A stretch of 64,000 nucleotides of DNA from an uncultured Actinomycetes bacterium. Lineage in GTDB: Bacteria; Actinomycetota; Thermoleophilia; Solirubrobacterales; 70-9. The notes under the pieces were generated by a model, which made no database searches, was not told the DNA's origin, and saw nothing but the letters and a program-made list of their open reading frames with translations. Below are positions 28,136-38,186 of the stretch, piece after piece; position 1 is the first letter of the stretch, and the number at the start of each line of letters is the position of its first letter. The position numbers and the translations under genes were made by a program. The DNA is taken from assembly GCA_963721215.1 (NCBI GenBank), contig CAVRIF010000001.1, positions 31,123 to 95,122 of the forward strand, written 5' to 3'.

Positions 28136-28939
28136 ATGGAAGCAAGTACTACAGAAGCTCAGCGCCCCGCCCCGCCGCCGCGCCTGCGCGATCGTTTCGA
28201 GAGCGAGGTCGTCGAGCGGCTCACGGCCAGGTTTAGCTACCGCAATCGCATGGAGATCCCGCGCCTGGAAAAGGTGACCGTCAACATGGGCGTCGGCGAA
28301 GCGAAACAGACCAGCTCGGTCCTCGAGGCGGCCACCGAGCAGCTCGCCGTGATTTCCGGACAGCGCCCCAACGTGCGGCGCGCCCGTAAGTCGATTGCCA
28401 ACTTCAAGGTTCGCGCGGGGATGCCGGTCGGCGTTGCGGTGACTCTGCGAGGGGCCCGGATGTGGGAGTTCGTCGACCGGCTGGTCTCGATCGCAATTCC
28501 GCGCATCCGCGACTTCCGCGGACTCAACCCGCGCTCGTTCGACGGGCGTGGCAACTACTCGCTCGGCATCCGTGAGCAGCTGATCTTTCCCGAGATCGAC
28601 TACGACTCGATCGACGAGGTCCGCGGGCTTGACGTGACCATCACGACCAGCGCCTCGAGCGACGAGGAGGCCTTCGAGCTGCTGCTCGCCCTGGGATTTC
28701 CCTTCTCCGCGGAGGGGCGGCCCGGTGAGGTCGACCGGGAGGCCGAGGAGGAGGAGCGACGCAGGGACGAGGCCCGCCGGCGGGCCGAGGCCGAAGCGGC
28801 CGCTCTCGAGCAGCTCAAGGAGGAGAACCCCGAGGCCTACGCCAAGCGGGTGCGGCCGGAGGAGGGCGAGGAAGGCGAGGAGGGCGCCGAGCAGAGCGAG
28901 ACCGATGAGGAAACCGAGAAGGAGGTGTCGGAGGACTAG
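28136..28939 (+). CDS. rplE: 50S ribosomal protein L5 with ~77-aa charged C-terminal extension
   Basis: [11 protein letters not shown]...[16 protein letters not shown]...[17 protein letters not shown] is the canonical core, ending near ALGFPF (about nt 28705). The tail is Glu/Arg/Ala-rich. Confidence 0.95.
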   Translation: MEASTTEAQRPAPPPRLRDRFESEVVERLTARFSYRNRMEIPRLEKVTVNMGVGEAKQTSSVLEAATEQLAVISGQRPNVRRARKSIANFKVRAGMPVGVAVTLRGARMWEFVDRLVSIAIPRIRDFRGLNPRSFDGRGNYSLGIREQLIFPEIDYDSIDEVRGLDVTITTSASSDEEAFELLLALGFPFSAEGRPGEVDREAEEEERRRDEARRRAEAEAAALEQLKEENPEAYAKRVRPEEGEEGEEGAEQSETDEETEKEVSED

Positions 28940-28968
28940 CTCGATCGACGAGCGACGAACGACGAACT

Positions 28969-29154
28969 ATGGCCAAGACTTCACAGACAGTCAGACAGCG
29001 GCGGAAGCCCAAGTACCGCTCGCGGGCCTACAACCGGTGCCGCCGTTGCGGGCGGTCGCGTGCCTACTACCGCAAGTTCGGCCTCTGCCGGCTGTGCCTA
29101 CGGGAGCTCGCGCACCAGGGCTACATACCCGGGATGACCAAGTCGAGCTGGTGA
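28969..29154 (+). CDS. rpsN: 30S ribosomal protein S14, type Z (zinc-binding)
   Basis: 61 aa with CRRCGR...CRLC. Confidence 0.95.
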   Translation: MAKTSQTVRQRRKPKYRSRAYNRCRRCGRSRAYYRKFGLCRLCLRELAHQGYIPGMTKSSW

Positions 29155-29164
29155 ACAGGCCTGG

Positions 29165-29569
29165 ATGACACTGATGGTGACCGACCCGATATCCGACTAC
29201 CTGACCCGCGTCCGCAACGCGATCGCCGCGCAGCACGCGGAGGTCGAGGTGCCCGCGTCGCGTCTCAAGAAGGACATGACCCGGATTCTCGCCGAACAGG
29301 GCTACATCAACGACTACGTGGTCGAGCCCACGCGGGTGGGCGAGGCGATCCGGATCAGGCTCAAGTACACGGACGGGCGCGGATCCGTGATCACCGGCCT
29401 GAAGCGGGTCTCCCGCCCGGGCAGGCGTCGCTATGTGACCCACGAGGAGATCCCGCGCGTGATGGGTGGGATGGGCACCGCGATCCTCTCGACGTCGGTT
29501 GGCGTCATGACCGGCCACGAGGCGAGACAGCGAGGCGTGGGCGGCGAGGTCGTCGCCTACGTATGGTGA
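29165..29569 (+). CDS. rpsH: 30S ribosomal protein S8
   Basis: [19 protein letters not shown]... [28 protein letters not shown]. Confidence 0.97.
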   Translation: MTLMVTDPISDYLTRVRNAIAAQHAEVEVPASRLKKDMTRILAEQGYINDYVVEPTRVGEAIRIRLKYTDGRGSVITGLKRVSRPGRRRYVTHEEIPRVMGGMGTAILSTSVGVMTGHEARQRGVGGEVVAYVW

Positions 29570-29630
29570 GCGTGATTCGTTTCTCGTCGTTCGTCGTTCG
29601 AACGACAAAGACCAACGAACGATTGAGTCC

Positions 29631-30206
29631 ATGAGCAGAATCGGAAGGAAGCCCATAGCGATTCCGGACGGGGTGACCGTCGAGGTCGAGCCTGGTCTGG
29701 TTTCGGTCAAGGGGCCGAAGGGGGCGCTGACCCAGGCCGTGAGCCCTGAGATGGCGATCACCCAGGGGGAGACTTCCCCAGCAGAAGGGGACGACGGAGG
29801 GGAAGGCAACCCTGGCGCGCTGACCGTGAAGCGGCCGACGGATCGTGGCGAGCACCGCGCCCTGCACGGCCTGACCCGCAGCCTCATCGCGAACATGGTT
29901 CAAGGCGTCACGGAGGGCTTTGAGAAGCGGCTCGAGATTGAGGGAGTCGGCTACCGGGCGCGCCTTCAGGGCAAGGCGCTCGAGCTGAATGTGGGCTACT
30001 CGCACCCGGTCTCCGTGACCGCTCCCGAGGGCATCGAGTTCGAGGTGCCGGTCCCAACCCAGGTCGTGGTCAGGGGAATCGACAAACAGCTCGTCGGCGA
30101 GATCGCTGCCCGCATTCGCCGCTCCCGCCCGCCTGAGCCCTACAAGGGCAAGGGCATCCGCTACGCCGGCGAGCACGTGCGCCGCAAGGTCGGGAAGCGA
30201 GCCTAG
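29631..30206 (+). CDS. rplF: 50S ribosomal protein L6 (with ~20-aa acidic internal insertion)
   Basis: [19 protein letters not shown]... The insertion [21 protein letters not shown] precedes LTVKRP. Confidence 0.95.
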   Translation: MSRIGRKPIAIPDGVTVEVEPGLVSVKGPKGALTQAVSPEMAITQGETSPAEGDDGGEGNPGALTVKRPTDRGEHRALHGLTRSLIANMVQGVTEGFEKRLEIEGVGYRARLQGKALELNVGYSHPVSVTAPEGIEFEVPVPTQVVVRGIDKQLVGEIAARIRRSRPPEPYKGKGIRYAGEHVRRKVGKRA

Positions 30207-30559
30207 TGGCCGTTCTCACCAAGCCGCAGCGCAGGCTGCGCCGCCGCCGGCGGGTCCGCGCGAAGGTGCGGGGCACCGCCGAGCGTCCGCGCCTGTCGGT
30301 CTTTCGGTCCAACCGCGGCGTGTTCGCGCAGCTGATCGACGACGATGCGGCCCGCACCCTGGTGGCCGTGGCCTGGACCGAATCCGAGCTGCGCGGGCTG
30401 GGGTCGATGGAGCAGGCGAAGCGCGCGGGCGCGCTGCTCGCTGAGCGTGCGAAGCAGGCGGGCCTGACGACGTGCGTCTTCGACCGCGGCGGCTACCGCT
30501 ACCACGGCCGGGTGAGGGCCCTGGCCGAGAGTGCCCGCGAGGGTGGGCTGAGCTTTTGA
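30206..30559 (+). CDS. rplR: 50S ribosomal protein L18
   Basis: [35 protein letters not shown] ... [26 protein letters not shown]. Confidence 0.96.
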   Translation: MAVLTKPQRRLRRRRRVRAKVRGTAERPRLSVFRSNRGVFAQLIDDDAARTLVAVAWTESELRGLGSMEQAKRAGALLAERAKQAGLTTCVFDRGGYRYHGRVRALAESAREGGLSF

Positions 30560-30568
30560 CCCGCTACC

Positions 30569-31372
30569 TTGCTTGATCGGCGCATGAACCACGAGATCGA
30601 GACAGTCAGCCCGCAGGGCCTCGACCTACAGGAGCGCGTGATCGAGATCAACCGCGTCGCAAAGGTCGTCAAGGGCGGCCGGCGCTTCTCGTTCACCGCC
30701 CTGGTTGCAGTGGGCGATGAGAGCTCCGTGGTCGGAATCGGCTACGGAAAGGCACGCGAGGTTCCGCTGGCGATCCAAAAAGCCGTCGAGAATGCGCGCA
30801 AGAGCCTCATCCGCGTGCCCATGTACGGGCAGACGATCCCGCACCGGATCATCGGGCGGTTCGGAGCCGGCCACGTCGTGTTGCGCCCAGCGAGCCCGGG
30901 TACCGGGGTGATCGCCGGCGGTGGCGTGCGGGCGGTGCTCGAGCTGGCGGGGATCCGCGACGTGCTCACGAAGAGCATCGGCACGCAGAACCCGATCAAC
31001 CTCGTCAAGGCGACCATGGAGGGGTTGATGAGCCTGCGCCGCCCAGAGCAGGTCGCCAAGCTCCGTGGCCTGAGCGTCAACCAGGTGCTCGGCATCCAGA
31101 AGAACGGCAAGAAGGCCGAAGCGACAGGGGGCGAGGCGGCCAAAGGTGGAGTGGTTGGGGCTAGGGACGAAGTCCCGGTCCAGTCGGCTGAACCTGCCGG
31201 CCCGTCGGCGCCCGAACCCGCCGGCAGCGGAGGCGAAGCCGAGCAGCCGGCGGATGATGAAGTCGCGGAAGAAACGGCTGAACCTGCCGCCACGTCCGAG
31301 CCCAAACCCGCCGGAAACGTAGGCGAAGCCGAGGCTTCCGGCGGAGTGGTTCCCGAGGAGGCTGCGGAGTGA
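30569..31372 (+). CDS. rpsE: 30S ribosomal protein S5 with ~90-aa C-terminal extension
   Basis: [29 protein letters not shown]...[19 protein letters not shown] is the canonical core, ending near nt 31094. The tail contains two repeat copies. The start is TTG 30569 or ATG 30584. Confidence 0.93.
   Translation: MLDRRMNHEIETVSPQGLDLQERVIEINRVAKVVKGGRRFSFTALVAVGDESSVVGIGYGKAREVPLAIQKAVENARKSLIRVPMYGQTIPHRIIGRFGAGHVVLRPASPGTGVIAGGGVRAVLELAGIRDVLTKSIGTQNPINLVKATMEGLMSLRRPEQVAKLRGLSVNQVLGIQKNGKKAEATGGEAAKGGVVGARDEVPVQSAEPAGPSAPEPAGSGGEAEQPADDEVAEETAEPAATSEPKPAGNVGEAEASGGVVPEEAAE
31158..31253 (+). repeat. structured repeat, copy E (in frame inside rpsE)
   Basis: GGGCTAGGGACGAAGTCCCGGTCCAGTCGGCTGAACCTGCCGGCCCGTCGGCGCCCGAACCCGCCGGCAGCGGAGGCGAAGCCGAGCAGCCGGCGG. 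This is a variant with paired substitutions in its stems. Confidence 0.85.
31254..31344 (+). repeat. structured repeat, copy F (5'-truncated second unit of a dimer, in frame inside rpsE)
   Basis: ATGATGAAGTCGCGGAAGAAACGGCTGAACCTGCCGCCACGTCCGAGCCCAAACCCGCCGGAAACGTAGGCGAAGCCGAGGCTTCCGGCGG. It is nearly identical to copy B over the shared part. Confidence 0.9.
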
Positions 31373-31397
31373 TGTCCGAGGCTTCCGGCGGAGTGGT
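31329..31397 (+). repeat. 22-bp exact direct repeat bracketing the rpsE stop codon
   Basis: CCGAGGCTTCCGGCGGAGTGGT at 31329-31350 and 31376-31397. The second copy abuts the rpmD start and contains GGAG. Confidence 0.9.
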
Positions 31398-31583
31398 GTG
31401 ATGTTGGTCATCAAGCAGATCCGCTCGGCCAACGGCGCCAGCCCGAGGCAGCGCGACACGCTTCGCTCGCTCCGGCTGGGTCGGATCGGCCGGGAGTCCA
31501 AGCGGGCCGACAGTCCCGAGCTGCGCGGCATGCTGAGGGTGGTGGGCCACATGGTGGAGGTCCAGGAGGAGGCGGGGTCCTGA
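31398..31583 (+). CDS. rpmD: 50S ribosomal protein L30
   Basis: MLVIKQIRSANGASPRQRDTLRSLRLGRIGRES. GTG 31398 or ATG 31401. Confidence 0.93.
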   Translation: MMLVIKQIRSANGASPRQRDTLRSLRLGRIGRESKRADSPELRGMLRVVGHMVEVQEEAGS

Positions 31584-32125
31584 TGCCTCGCCTGGCTCCA
31601 GAGGAGGTCGGGCTGCATTCGCTGCGCCCCAAGCCGGGCTCGCGTCGTGATCGCAAGCGGGTTGGCCGAGGCGCCGGATCGGGCGTTGGCAAGACCTCCG
31701 GCCGTGGTCACAAGGGTGCCGGCGCCCGCTCGGGCAACAAGCGCAAGCCCGGGTACGAGGGCGGGCAAAACCCGATCCACATGCGGACCCGGAAGCTGCG
31801 AGGCCCGCGGCGGAAGATGTCGATGCCCTTTGAGCAGTTCCGGACCCACACCCAGCCGGTCAACGTCGCCGACCTCGAGGCCCGCTTCGCCGCTGGCGAC
31901 GAAGTGACGCTCGAGAGCCTGCGCGCGGCGGGTCTGGCCAAGCGCCGCCACCCGGTGAAGGTGCTGGGCCGAGGCGAGCTGACCAAGAAGCTCACCGTCC
32001 GCGCGCACGCCTTCAGCGCCTCCGCGAAGGAGAAGATCGAGAAGGTCGGCGGCACGGTCGCAATCGTGGCCGTCGGTCCCGGAGCCGGCACGGATGCCAA
32101 GTTGGGCGAGGAGCCGGCGGAGTAA
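31583..32125 (+). CDS. rplO: 50S ribosomal protein L15
   Basis: LRPKPGSRRDRKRVGRGAGSGVGKTSGRGHKG. Confidence 0.96.
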   Translation: MPRLAPEEVGLHSLRPKPGSRRDRKRVGRGAGSGVGKTSGRGHKGAGARSGNKRKPGYEGGQNPIHMRTRKLRGPRRKMSMPFEQFRTHTQPVNVADLEARFAAGDEVTLESLRAAGLAKRRHPVKVLGRGELTKKLTVRAHAFSASAKEKIEKVGGTVAIVAVGPGAGTDAKLGEEPAE

Positions 32126-32128
32126 CTA

Positions 32129-33400
32129 GTGCTTCAGACGATCGCCAACGCCTTCAAGGTTGCCGAGATTCGCAAGAAGCTCGCGTTCACGGCCGCGATG
32201 CTGCTGCTCTACAGGCTCGGCGCCTACATCCCGGCGCCTGGGGTGGACCTCAACACGGTCAAGGAGATCGAGGAGAACTTCTCGGGCAACTCGATCCTCG
32301 GCTTCCTCAACCTGTTCAGCGGCGGCAGCCTGTCGAGGCTGTCCCTGTTCGCGCTGGGGATCATGCCCTACATCACCGCCTCGATCATCCTGCAGCTGCT
32401 GACCGTGGTGGTGCCCTCGCTCGAGCGGCTTCAGAAGGAGGGCGAGGTCGGCCAGCAGAAGATCACGCAGTACACGCGCTACCTGACCGTGGCGCTGGCC
32501 TTCGCGCAGTCGCTGGGCTACGTGTTCCTGTTCCAGTCGTTCCAGGACCAGGCCGGAACCAGCGTAGTCGGCAACCTCACCTTCGCGAAGGTGTTCCTGA
32601 TCGTCATCGCCCTCACCGCCGGCTGCACGCTGTTGATGTGGCTCGGCGAGCTGATCACCCAGCGCGGGGTCGGGAACGGGATCTCGCTGATGATCTTCGC
32701 CTCCATCGTCGCCTCGCTCCCCGCCGGGATCCAGGCGTGGTGGACCAACCCGGACCAGGTCTTCATCGTGATGATGCCGTTCATCGCCCTGGCGGTGATT
32801 GTCGGGATCGTCTTCGTCCAGGAGGGCCAGCGCCGTATTCCGGTCCAGTACGCGAAGCGGGTCGTCGGCCGCCGGATGACAACCGGCGGCTCGACCTATC
32901 TGCCGCTTCGCGTCAACATGGCTGGCGTCATCCCGGTGATCTTCGCGGCCTCGATCATGGCCTTCCCGCCGACCATCGGCCAGCTCCTGAATACCCCGGC
33001 AGCGCTCGACTTCGCCGCCTTCTTCAGCCCCGACGGGTGGGCGTACGTCGTCGGGGAGGTCTTCTTCATCGTCGTCTTCACCTACTTCTACACCGCGGTC
33101 ACCTTCAATCCCGTGGACCAAGCGGACAATCTGAAGAAGTACGGGGGCTTCATCCCCGGGGTGAGGCCGGGACGACCAACCGCCGAGTACCTGGACCGCA
33201 TCCTGTCCAGGCTCACCTTTCCGGGGGCCCTGTACCTGGGGGCGGTGGCCGCGTTGCCGACCATCCTGATCAGCCAGACGTCGGCGAACTTCTTCTTCGG
33301 TGGCACCTCGATCCTGATCGTTGTCGGCGTCGCCCTCGACACGGTGAAGCAGCTTGAAGCCCAGCTCATGATGCGCAACTACGAGGGTTTTCTGAAGTAG
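32129..33400 (+). CDS. secY: preprotein translocase subunit SecY
   Basis: 423 aa, multi-TM. LFALGIMPYITASIILQLL, GELITQRGVGNGISLMIF. Confidence 0.97.
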   Translation: MLQTIANAFKVAEIRKKLAFTAAMLLLYRLGAYIPAPGVDLNTVKEIEENFSGNSILGFLNLFSGGSLSRLSLFALGIMPYITASIILQLLTVVVPSLERLQKEGEVGQQKITQYTRYLTVALAFAQSLGYVFLFQSFQDQAGTSVVGNLTFAKVFLIVIALTAGCTLLMWLGELITQRGVGNGISLMIFASIVASLPAGIQAWWTNPDQVFIVMMPFIALAVIVGIVFVQEGQRRIPVQYAKRVVGRRMTTGGSTYLPLRVNMAGVIPVIFAASIMAFPPTIGQLLNTPAALDFAAFFSPDGWAYVVGEVFFIVVFTYFYTAVTFNPVDQADNLKKYGGFIPGVRPGRPTAEYLDRILSRLTFPGALYLGAVAALPTILISQTSANFFFGGTSILIVVGVALDTVKQLEAQLMMRNYEGFLK

Positions 33401-33554
33401 CTGGCGCGGGGGCTGCAAACCTTCGCCTGCCGTTGTCCTCGGCTGATCGTCTCGCTCACGTACGTTTTCAGTACGCTCGCTTCGCCGATCGCCCTGCGTC
33501 CTTGGCAGGCTCGGTTTTCGCGCCCGTTCGCCCACCCAATCCCCTGGTCAATCG

Positions 33555-34229
33555 ATGTCTGAGCTGAACCTCGTTCTATTAGGTCCGCCTGGTTCCGGCA
33601 AGGGGACGCAGGGCGAGCGGCTGCAGGAGGACTTCCGGTTGCCCTACTACGCGACCGGCGACATCCTTCGCGCGGCGGTTCGCGAGGGCACCGAGCTCGG
33701 CGTGGCGGCGAAGGAGTACATGGATCGGGGCGACCTGGCACCGGACGATGTGATTGTGGGGGTGATCGCCGAGCGCGTCGCCCGCAGCGAGGCGGCGGAC
33801 GGCTTCATCCTCGACGGCTTCCCGCGAACGATTGCCCAGGCTGAGGCACTGGACTCAAAGATGGAGGAGCTGGGCCGCAACCTGACAGCCGCCGTCCTGA
33901 TCGAGGTATCCGACGACGAGGTCGTGCGCCGCCTCGGCGGTCGTCGCACGTGCGTCAAGCAGGGGCACATCTTTCACCTCGAGTTCGATCCGCCGAAGAA
34001 CGAGGGCATCTGTGACATCTGCGGCGCCCGTCTGGAGATCCGCGATGACGACAAGCCCGAGGTCATTCGCCACCGCGTGGAGCAGTACCACGCGAAGACG
34101 GAGCCGCTGGTGGCCTACTACGAGGGCGAGGGACTGTTGCGGCGGGTAGACGGGTCGATGGGGCCGGACGAGGTCAACGACCGGATCCGCGCCCTGCTTG
34201 CCACCCTGCGCATGGAGGAAGAGCTCTAG
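33555..34229 (+). CDS. adk: adenylate kinase
   Basis: LLGPPGSGKGTQ P-loop, GFILDGFPRT, and a lid region with C/H/C/C ligands. Confidence 0.96.
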   Translation: MSELNLVLLGPPGSGKGTQGERLQEDFRLPYYATGDILRAAVREGTELGVAAKEYMDRGDLAPDDVIVGVIAERVARSEAADGFILDGFPRTIAQAEALDSKMEELGRNLTAAVLIEVSDDEVVRRLGGRRTCVKQGHIFHLEFDPPKNEGICDICGARLEIRDDDKPEVIRHRVEQYHAKTEPLVAYYEGEGLLRRVDGSMGPDEVNDRIRALLATLRMEEEL

Positions 34230-34245
34230 AAGGCCTCATCGCGCG

Positions 34246-35001
34246 TTGATCATCAGGAAGACCGAGGAGCAAATCGAACGGATGGCCGCGGCCGGCGCGA
34301 TCCAGGCCCGCTGCCTGCGCATGCTGCGCTCGAAGTGCCAACCCGGCATCACCACGGCTGAGCTCGACGAGGCGGCGCAGCGCTTCATCGCTTCGCAGGG
34401 AGCCCAGGCCTCGTTCAAGGGCTACCGTGGCTTTCCCGGCTCGATCTGCACGTCGCCGAATTCGATGGTCGTCCATGGGATCCCGGGCGCTTATGAGCTG
34501 AAGCGCGGAGACATCATCTCGCTCGACGTGGGGGTGACCAAGGACGGCTGGGTGGCCGACGCCGCGATCACGGTCCCGGTCGGGCCCGTGAACCCGGAGA
34601 CCCGCCGGCTGCTCGAGGCCACGAGGGGCGCGTTGCTGGCCGGCGCCGAACAGGCGCTGCCGAACAACCGGTTGGGCGACGTCTCAGCCGCGATTCAGCG
34701 CGAGGTCGAGTTGGAGGGCTTCTCGATCATCCGTTCGCTGGTTGGTCACGGAATCGGCCGTGACATGCACGAGGACCCGCAGATTCCCAACTACGGGGAG
34801 CCCGGCAAGGGCCCCGAGCTCGAGCCGGGCATGGTGCTGGCGATCGAGCCGATGGTCAACGTCGGCAGCCCTGAGGTCCGCGTGGGCGAGGACAACTGGG
34901 CGGTCTACTCCGCGGATGGCTCGCTGGCCGCCCACTTCGAGTTCACGGTTGCGGTCACCGAGAACGGCCCCCGCGTGCTCACCCCGTGGCACGAGGACTA
35001 G
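34246..35001 (+). CDS. map: type I methionine aminopeptidase
   Basis: From TTG 34246: LIIRKTEEQIERMAAAG... VHGIP, DVGV, GHGIGRDMHE, EPMV metal-ligand blocks. The track start 34198 would overlap adk. Confidence 0.9.
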   Translation: MIIRKTEEQIERMAAAGAIQARCLRMLRSKCQPGITTAELDEAAQRFIASQGAQASFKGYRGFPGSICTSPNSMVVHGIPGAYELKRGDIISLDVGVTKDGWVADAAITVPVGPVNPETRRLLEATRGALLAGAEQALPNNRLGDVSAAIQREVELEGFSIIRSLVGHGIGRDMHEDPQIPNYGEPGKGPELEPGMVLAIEPMVNVGSPEVRVGEDNWAVYSADGSLAAHFEFTVAVTENGPRVLTPWHED

Positions 35002-35224
35002 GTAGCGATCAATCAGGCAGCTCGAGAGCGCCTCGGCGGCCGACGACCGTGATGCGGCCGAGGACGTCGCCGAGATGATCGGTTCGTTCGGCGTCTAGCG
35101 CCCGAAGGTGCCCTGCTACCATCTCCGGTCGGCCGTGGGGCCGTCTTGTGTGTCCGCGGGCCCGATTCATGGGGCCGGTGGGCTTTCTCCGAAAAGTGAT
35201 TGGATACGACCCAGCGAAGGGGCG

Positions 35225-35338
35225 ATGAAGGTTCGAGCGTCCGTAAAGCCGATGTGTGAGCGCTGCCGGGTGATCCGGAGGCGCGGTGTCGTGCTGGTCA
35301 TCTGCTCGAATCCTCGCCACAAGCAGCGGCAGGGTTGA
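35225..35338 (+). CDS. rpmJ: 50S ribosomal protein L36
   Basis: [37 protein letters not shown] (37 aa). GAAGGGG (SD) lies upstream. Confidence 0.95.
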   Translation: MKVRASVKPMCERCRVIRRRGVVLVICSNPRHKQRQG

Positions 35339-35360
35339 GGCTGCAGGAAGGTCATTTGAT

Positions 35361-35744
35361 TTGGCTCGCATCGCTGGCGTAAACATCCCGCTCAACAAGC
35401 GCGTCGAGGTAGGACTCACCTACGTCCACGGGATCGGCCACTCGACCGCGAGAAAGATCGTCGCCGACACCGGCGTCGACCCGAATACCTACGTCAAGGA
35501 TCTGACCGACGACGAGGTGGTGAAGCTTCGCGAGGCGGTCGAGTCCCGTGAGGTGGAGGGGGACCTGCGCCGCGAGCGCTCCCAGAACATCAAGCGACTG
35601 TCCGAGATCGGTGCCTACCGCGGCCTCCGACATCGCCGCGGCCTCCCGGTCCGGGGGCAGCGAACGAAGACCAACGCCCGCAGCCGCAAGGGCCCACGGC
35701 GGATGAGCGTCGCAGGCAGGCGCCGGGCGTCGTCGCCGACGTAG
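35361..35744 (+). CDS. rpsM: 30S ribosomal protein S13
   Basis: From TTG 35361: [33 protein letters not shown]. Confidence 0.95.
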   Translation: MARIAGVNIPLNKRVEVGLTYVHGIGHSTARKIVADTGVDPNTYVKDLTDDEVVKLREAVESREVEGDLRRERSQNIKRLSEIGAYRGLRHRRGLPVRGQRTKTNARSRKGPRRMSVAGRRRASSPT

Positions 35745-35755
35745 GAGGCTGGGAG

Positions 35756-36163
35756 ATGGCGCAGCCGAAGAAGGCCGCACGCGGCAAGGGACGCTCCCGC
35801 CGGCGCGTGAAGAAGAACATCGCGTACGGAATCGCCCACATCAAGACGAGCTTCAACAACACGATCGTGACGATCACCGACACCGACGGAAGCGTCATCT
35901 GCTGGGAGTCCGCGGGCTCGGCCGGCTTCAAGGGCTCGCGCAAGTCGACCCCGTTCGCCGCTCAGGTGACGGCCGACTCGGCCGCGCGCAAGGGGATGGA
36001 GCACGGCCTCGAGCGGGTCGAGGTCCACGCCAAGGGCGCGGGCTCCGGTCGCGACACCGCGATCCGCTCGCTGCAGGCGGCCGGGCTCCAAGTCACGACC
36101 GTCAAGGACGTCAGCCCCCAAGCGCACAACGGCTGCCGGCCCCGGAAGCGCCGCCGAGTCTGA
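35756..36163 (+). CDS. rpsK: 30S ribosomal protein S11
   Basis: [46 protein letters not shown]. Confidence 0.97.
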   Translation: MAQPKKAARGKGRSRRRVKKNIAYGIAHIKTSFNNTIVTITDTDGSVICWESAGSAGFKGSRKSTPFAAQVTADSAARKGMEHGLERVEVHAKGAGSGRDTAIRSLQAAGLQVTTVKDVSPQAHNGCRPRKRRRV

Positions 36164-36783
36164 TGGCCCGAGATACGAGTCCACAGTGCAAGCAGTGCCG
36201 CCGCGAGGGGCAGAAGCTGTTCCTCAAGGGCGAACGCTGCCAGACCGAGAAGTGCGGCGTGGAGCGCCGGTCCTACCCGCCCGGCGAGCACGGGCGTGGC
36301 CGCGTGCGCCAGTCGGAGTACCGGCAGCAGCTGCGCGAGAAGCAGAAGGCCCGACGGTACTACCAGTTGCTCGAAAAGCAATTCCGCGGCTACTACCAGA
36401 AGGCCTCACGCCAGCCGGGAGTCACCGGCGAGAACCTCCTGCGACTGCTCGAGCGGAGGCTCGACAACGTGCTTGTGCGTCTCGGCTTTGCCGCCTCGCG
36501 CCGGCAGGCCCGGCAGCTGGTGGGTCACGGCCACTGGCTCGTCAATGGCCGCCGAGTCGACATCCCCTCTTACCAGGTCCGCCCGGACGACGTGATCACG
36601 ATCCGTCCGAACTCGGCGGCGAGCGATGTCGTGCGCTCCGCGACGGAGCTCACGGCCGTCGTGCCGCCCTGGTTGCAGGCGGACCACGATGCCCTGACCG
36701 CGAAGGTGCTCCGCCTGCCCGAGCGCAGCGAGATCACGTCGCCGGTTCAGGAGCAGCTGATCGTCGAGCTCTACTCCAAGTAG
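36163..36783 (+). CDS. rpsD: 30S ribosomal protein S4
   Basis: [18 protein letters not shown] ... [15 protein letters not shown] ... S4 RNA-binding domain. Confidence 0.97.
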   Translation: MARDTSPQCKQCRREGQKLFLKGERCQTEKCGVERRSYPPGEHGRGRVRQSEYRQQLREKQKARRYYQLLEKQFRGYYQKASRQPGVTGENLLRLLERRLDNVLVRLGFAASRRQARQLVGHGHWLVNGRRVDIPSYQVRPDDVITIRPNSAASDVVRSATELTAVVPPWLQADHDALTAKVLRLPERSEITSPVQEQLIVELYSK

Positions 36784-36820
36784 CGCTCACACCAACGCGA
36801 CAACGACAAACCCAGAGGAA

Positions 36821-37789
36821 GTGATGACCACCCTGCCCGAGTTCCAGATCCCGAAGATCTCCTCCGAGGAGGTCGCCGACAACCGCGGCACCTTCACGGT
36901 CGAGCCCCTTGACAAGGGCTTCGGCTACACGTTCGGCAACAGCCTCCGCCGGGTGTTGCTCTCCTCGCTGGGTGGCGCTGCGATCAAGAGCGTTCGGATC
37001 GAGGGCGTCGCGCACGAGTTCTCCGACGTCCCCGGTGTGAAGGAGGACGTCACGGACATCGTCCTCAACCTCAAGGACATCGTGATCCGCATGCACACGG
37101 ATGCGGACGAGGTCGAGGCGCCGCTGGTCGCCACCGGACCCGGCGAGGTGAAGGCGAAGGACATCGACCTGCCCGCCGGAGTCGAGATCCTTAACCCCGA
37201 CGTCCCCATCGCCACGCTCGAGAAGCGGACCAAGCTGGAGGTCTATCTGACCATCGGCCGAGGCCGGGGGTATTCGCCGGCGGAGGAGAACAAGACCGAG
37301 GACCAGCCGCTCGGGGTGATCCCGATCGACTCGATCTTCTCGCCGATCCGGCGCGCCTCCTACGCTGTCGACTCCGCGCGGGTCGGCCAGCGGACCGACT
37401 TCGACAAGCTGTTGATGGAGATCGAGACCGATGGCTCGATGGAGCCGGCTTCGGCGCTTCGGGAGGCGGCCGAGATCCTGATCAAGAGCCTGGCGATCTT
37501 CACCGACGCCGACCGGGTCGAGGAGCTCACCAGCCGCGACGGCGCCGGGGCGGCCGAGCCGGGCTACGCGCCTCTCGCCACCGGCGAGGGCGACGATCGC
37601 CTGATCGAGGAGCTGGAGATCGGGGTCCGCGCCTACAACTGCCTGAAGCGGGCCGGGATCCAGACGGTCGGCGACCTGATCCAGCGCTCCGAGTCGGAGC
37701 TGAACGCGATCCCCAACTTCGGCAGGCGCTCCACGGAAGAGGTGATCGAGGCCATCGACGCCCTCGGCTTCTCGCTCAGGGACGAGTGA
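36821..37789 (+). CDS. rpoA: DNA-directed RNA polymerase subunit alpha
   Basis: TVEPLDKGFGYTFGNSLRRVLLSSL ... C-terminal IEELEIGVRAYNCLKRAGIQTVGDL. Confidence 0.97.
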   Translation: MMTTLPEFQIPKISSEEVADNRGTFTVEPLDKGFGYTFGNSLRRVLLSSLGGAAIKSVRIEGVAHEFSDVPGVKEDVTDIVLNLKDIVIRMHTDADEVEAPLVATGPGEVKAKDIDLPAGVEILNPDVPIATLEKRTKLEVYLTIGRGRGYSPAEENKTEDQPLGVIPIDSIFSPIRRASYAVDSARVGQRTDFDKLLMEIETDGSMEPASALREAAEILIKSLAIFTDADRVEELTSRDGAGAAEPGYAPLATGEGDDRLIEELEIGVRAYNCLKRAGIQTVGDLIQRSESELNAIPNFGRRSTEEVIEAIDALGFSLRDE

Positions 37790-37805
37790 GCGGGAGGCCA
37801 CCAGG

Positions 37806-38159
37806 ATGCGCCACCGGAAGACGAGGCACAAGCTCAGCCGGGATGCGGCGCACCGCCGGTCATTGCTTCGGAACCTCTGCCGGCAGGTGATCGAGCACGA
37901 GCGGATCAAGACCAGCCAAGCGAAGGCCAAGGCCGTGAAGCCCGAGCTCGAGAAGCTGATCACGCTGGCCAAGCGCGGCGACCTCCACGCGCGTCGCCGC
38001 GCCCTTTCCGAGCTCGGCCAGGACAAGTTCATCGTCCACAAGCTGTTCGAGGAGATCGCGCCTCGCTACGCAGAGCGCCCGGGCGGCTACACCCGGATCG
38101 TCAAGCTCGGGCCCCGTCGCTCCGACTCCACCGAGATGGTCTTCCTCGAGCTCGTCTAG
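37806..38159 (+). CDS. rplQ: 50S ribosomal protein L17
   Basis: MRHRKTRHKLSRDAAHRRSLLRNL ... RPGGYTRIVKLGPRRSDSTEMVFLELV. Confidence 0.97.
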   Translation: MRHRKTRHKLSRDAAHRRSLLRNLCRQVIEHERIKTSQAKAKAVKPELEKLITLAKRGDLHARRRALSELGQDKFIVHKLFEEIAPRYAERPGGYTRIVKLGPRRSDSTEMVFLELV

Positions 38160-38186
38160 CACCTTCGTCACACGGTAAGGCCGGCC

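Noticed and set aside
28940-29630. ACGAACGACGAAC-type short repeats in the rplE-rpsN and rpsH-rplF spacers (including the palindrome GTCGTTCGAACGAC at about 29592-29605).
   Set aside because: They are short, and there are only two loci. They may simply be AT-richer translation-initiation regions. Noted but not strong enough for a finding.
33401-33554. The unusually long (154 nt) secY-adk spacer as a possible small RNA or promoter.
   Set aside because: It has only weak direct repeats (GTACG..GTACG) and no clear -10/-35 element, hairpin/U-run or ORF. The evidence is insufficient to call a feature.
35009-35419. 136-aa - strand ORF spanning the map-rpmJ spacer.
   Set aside because: It overlaps rpmJ and the rpsM start on the opposite strand. 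It has no motifs or SD, and its composition is typical of a shadow ORF. A shorter 37-aa version ([37 protein letters not shown]) has no support either.
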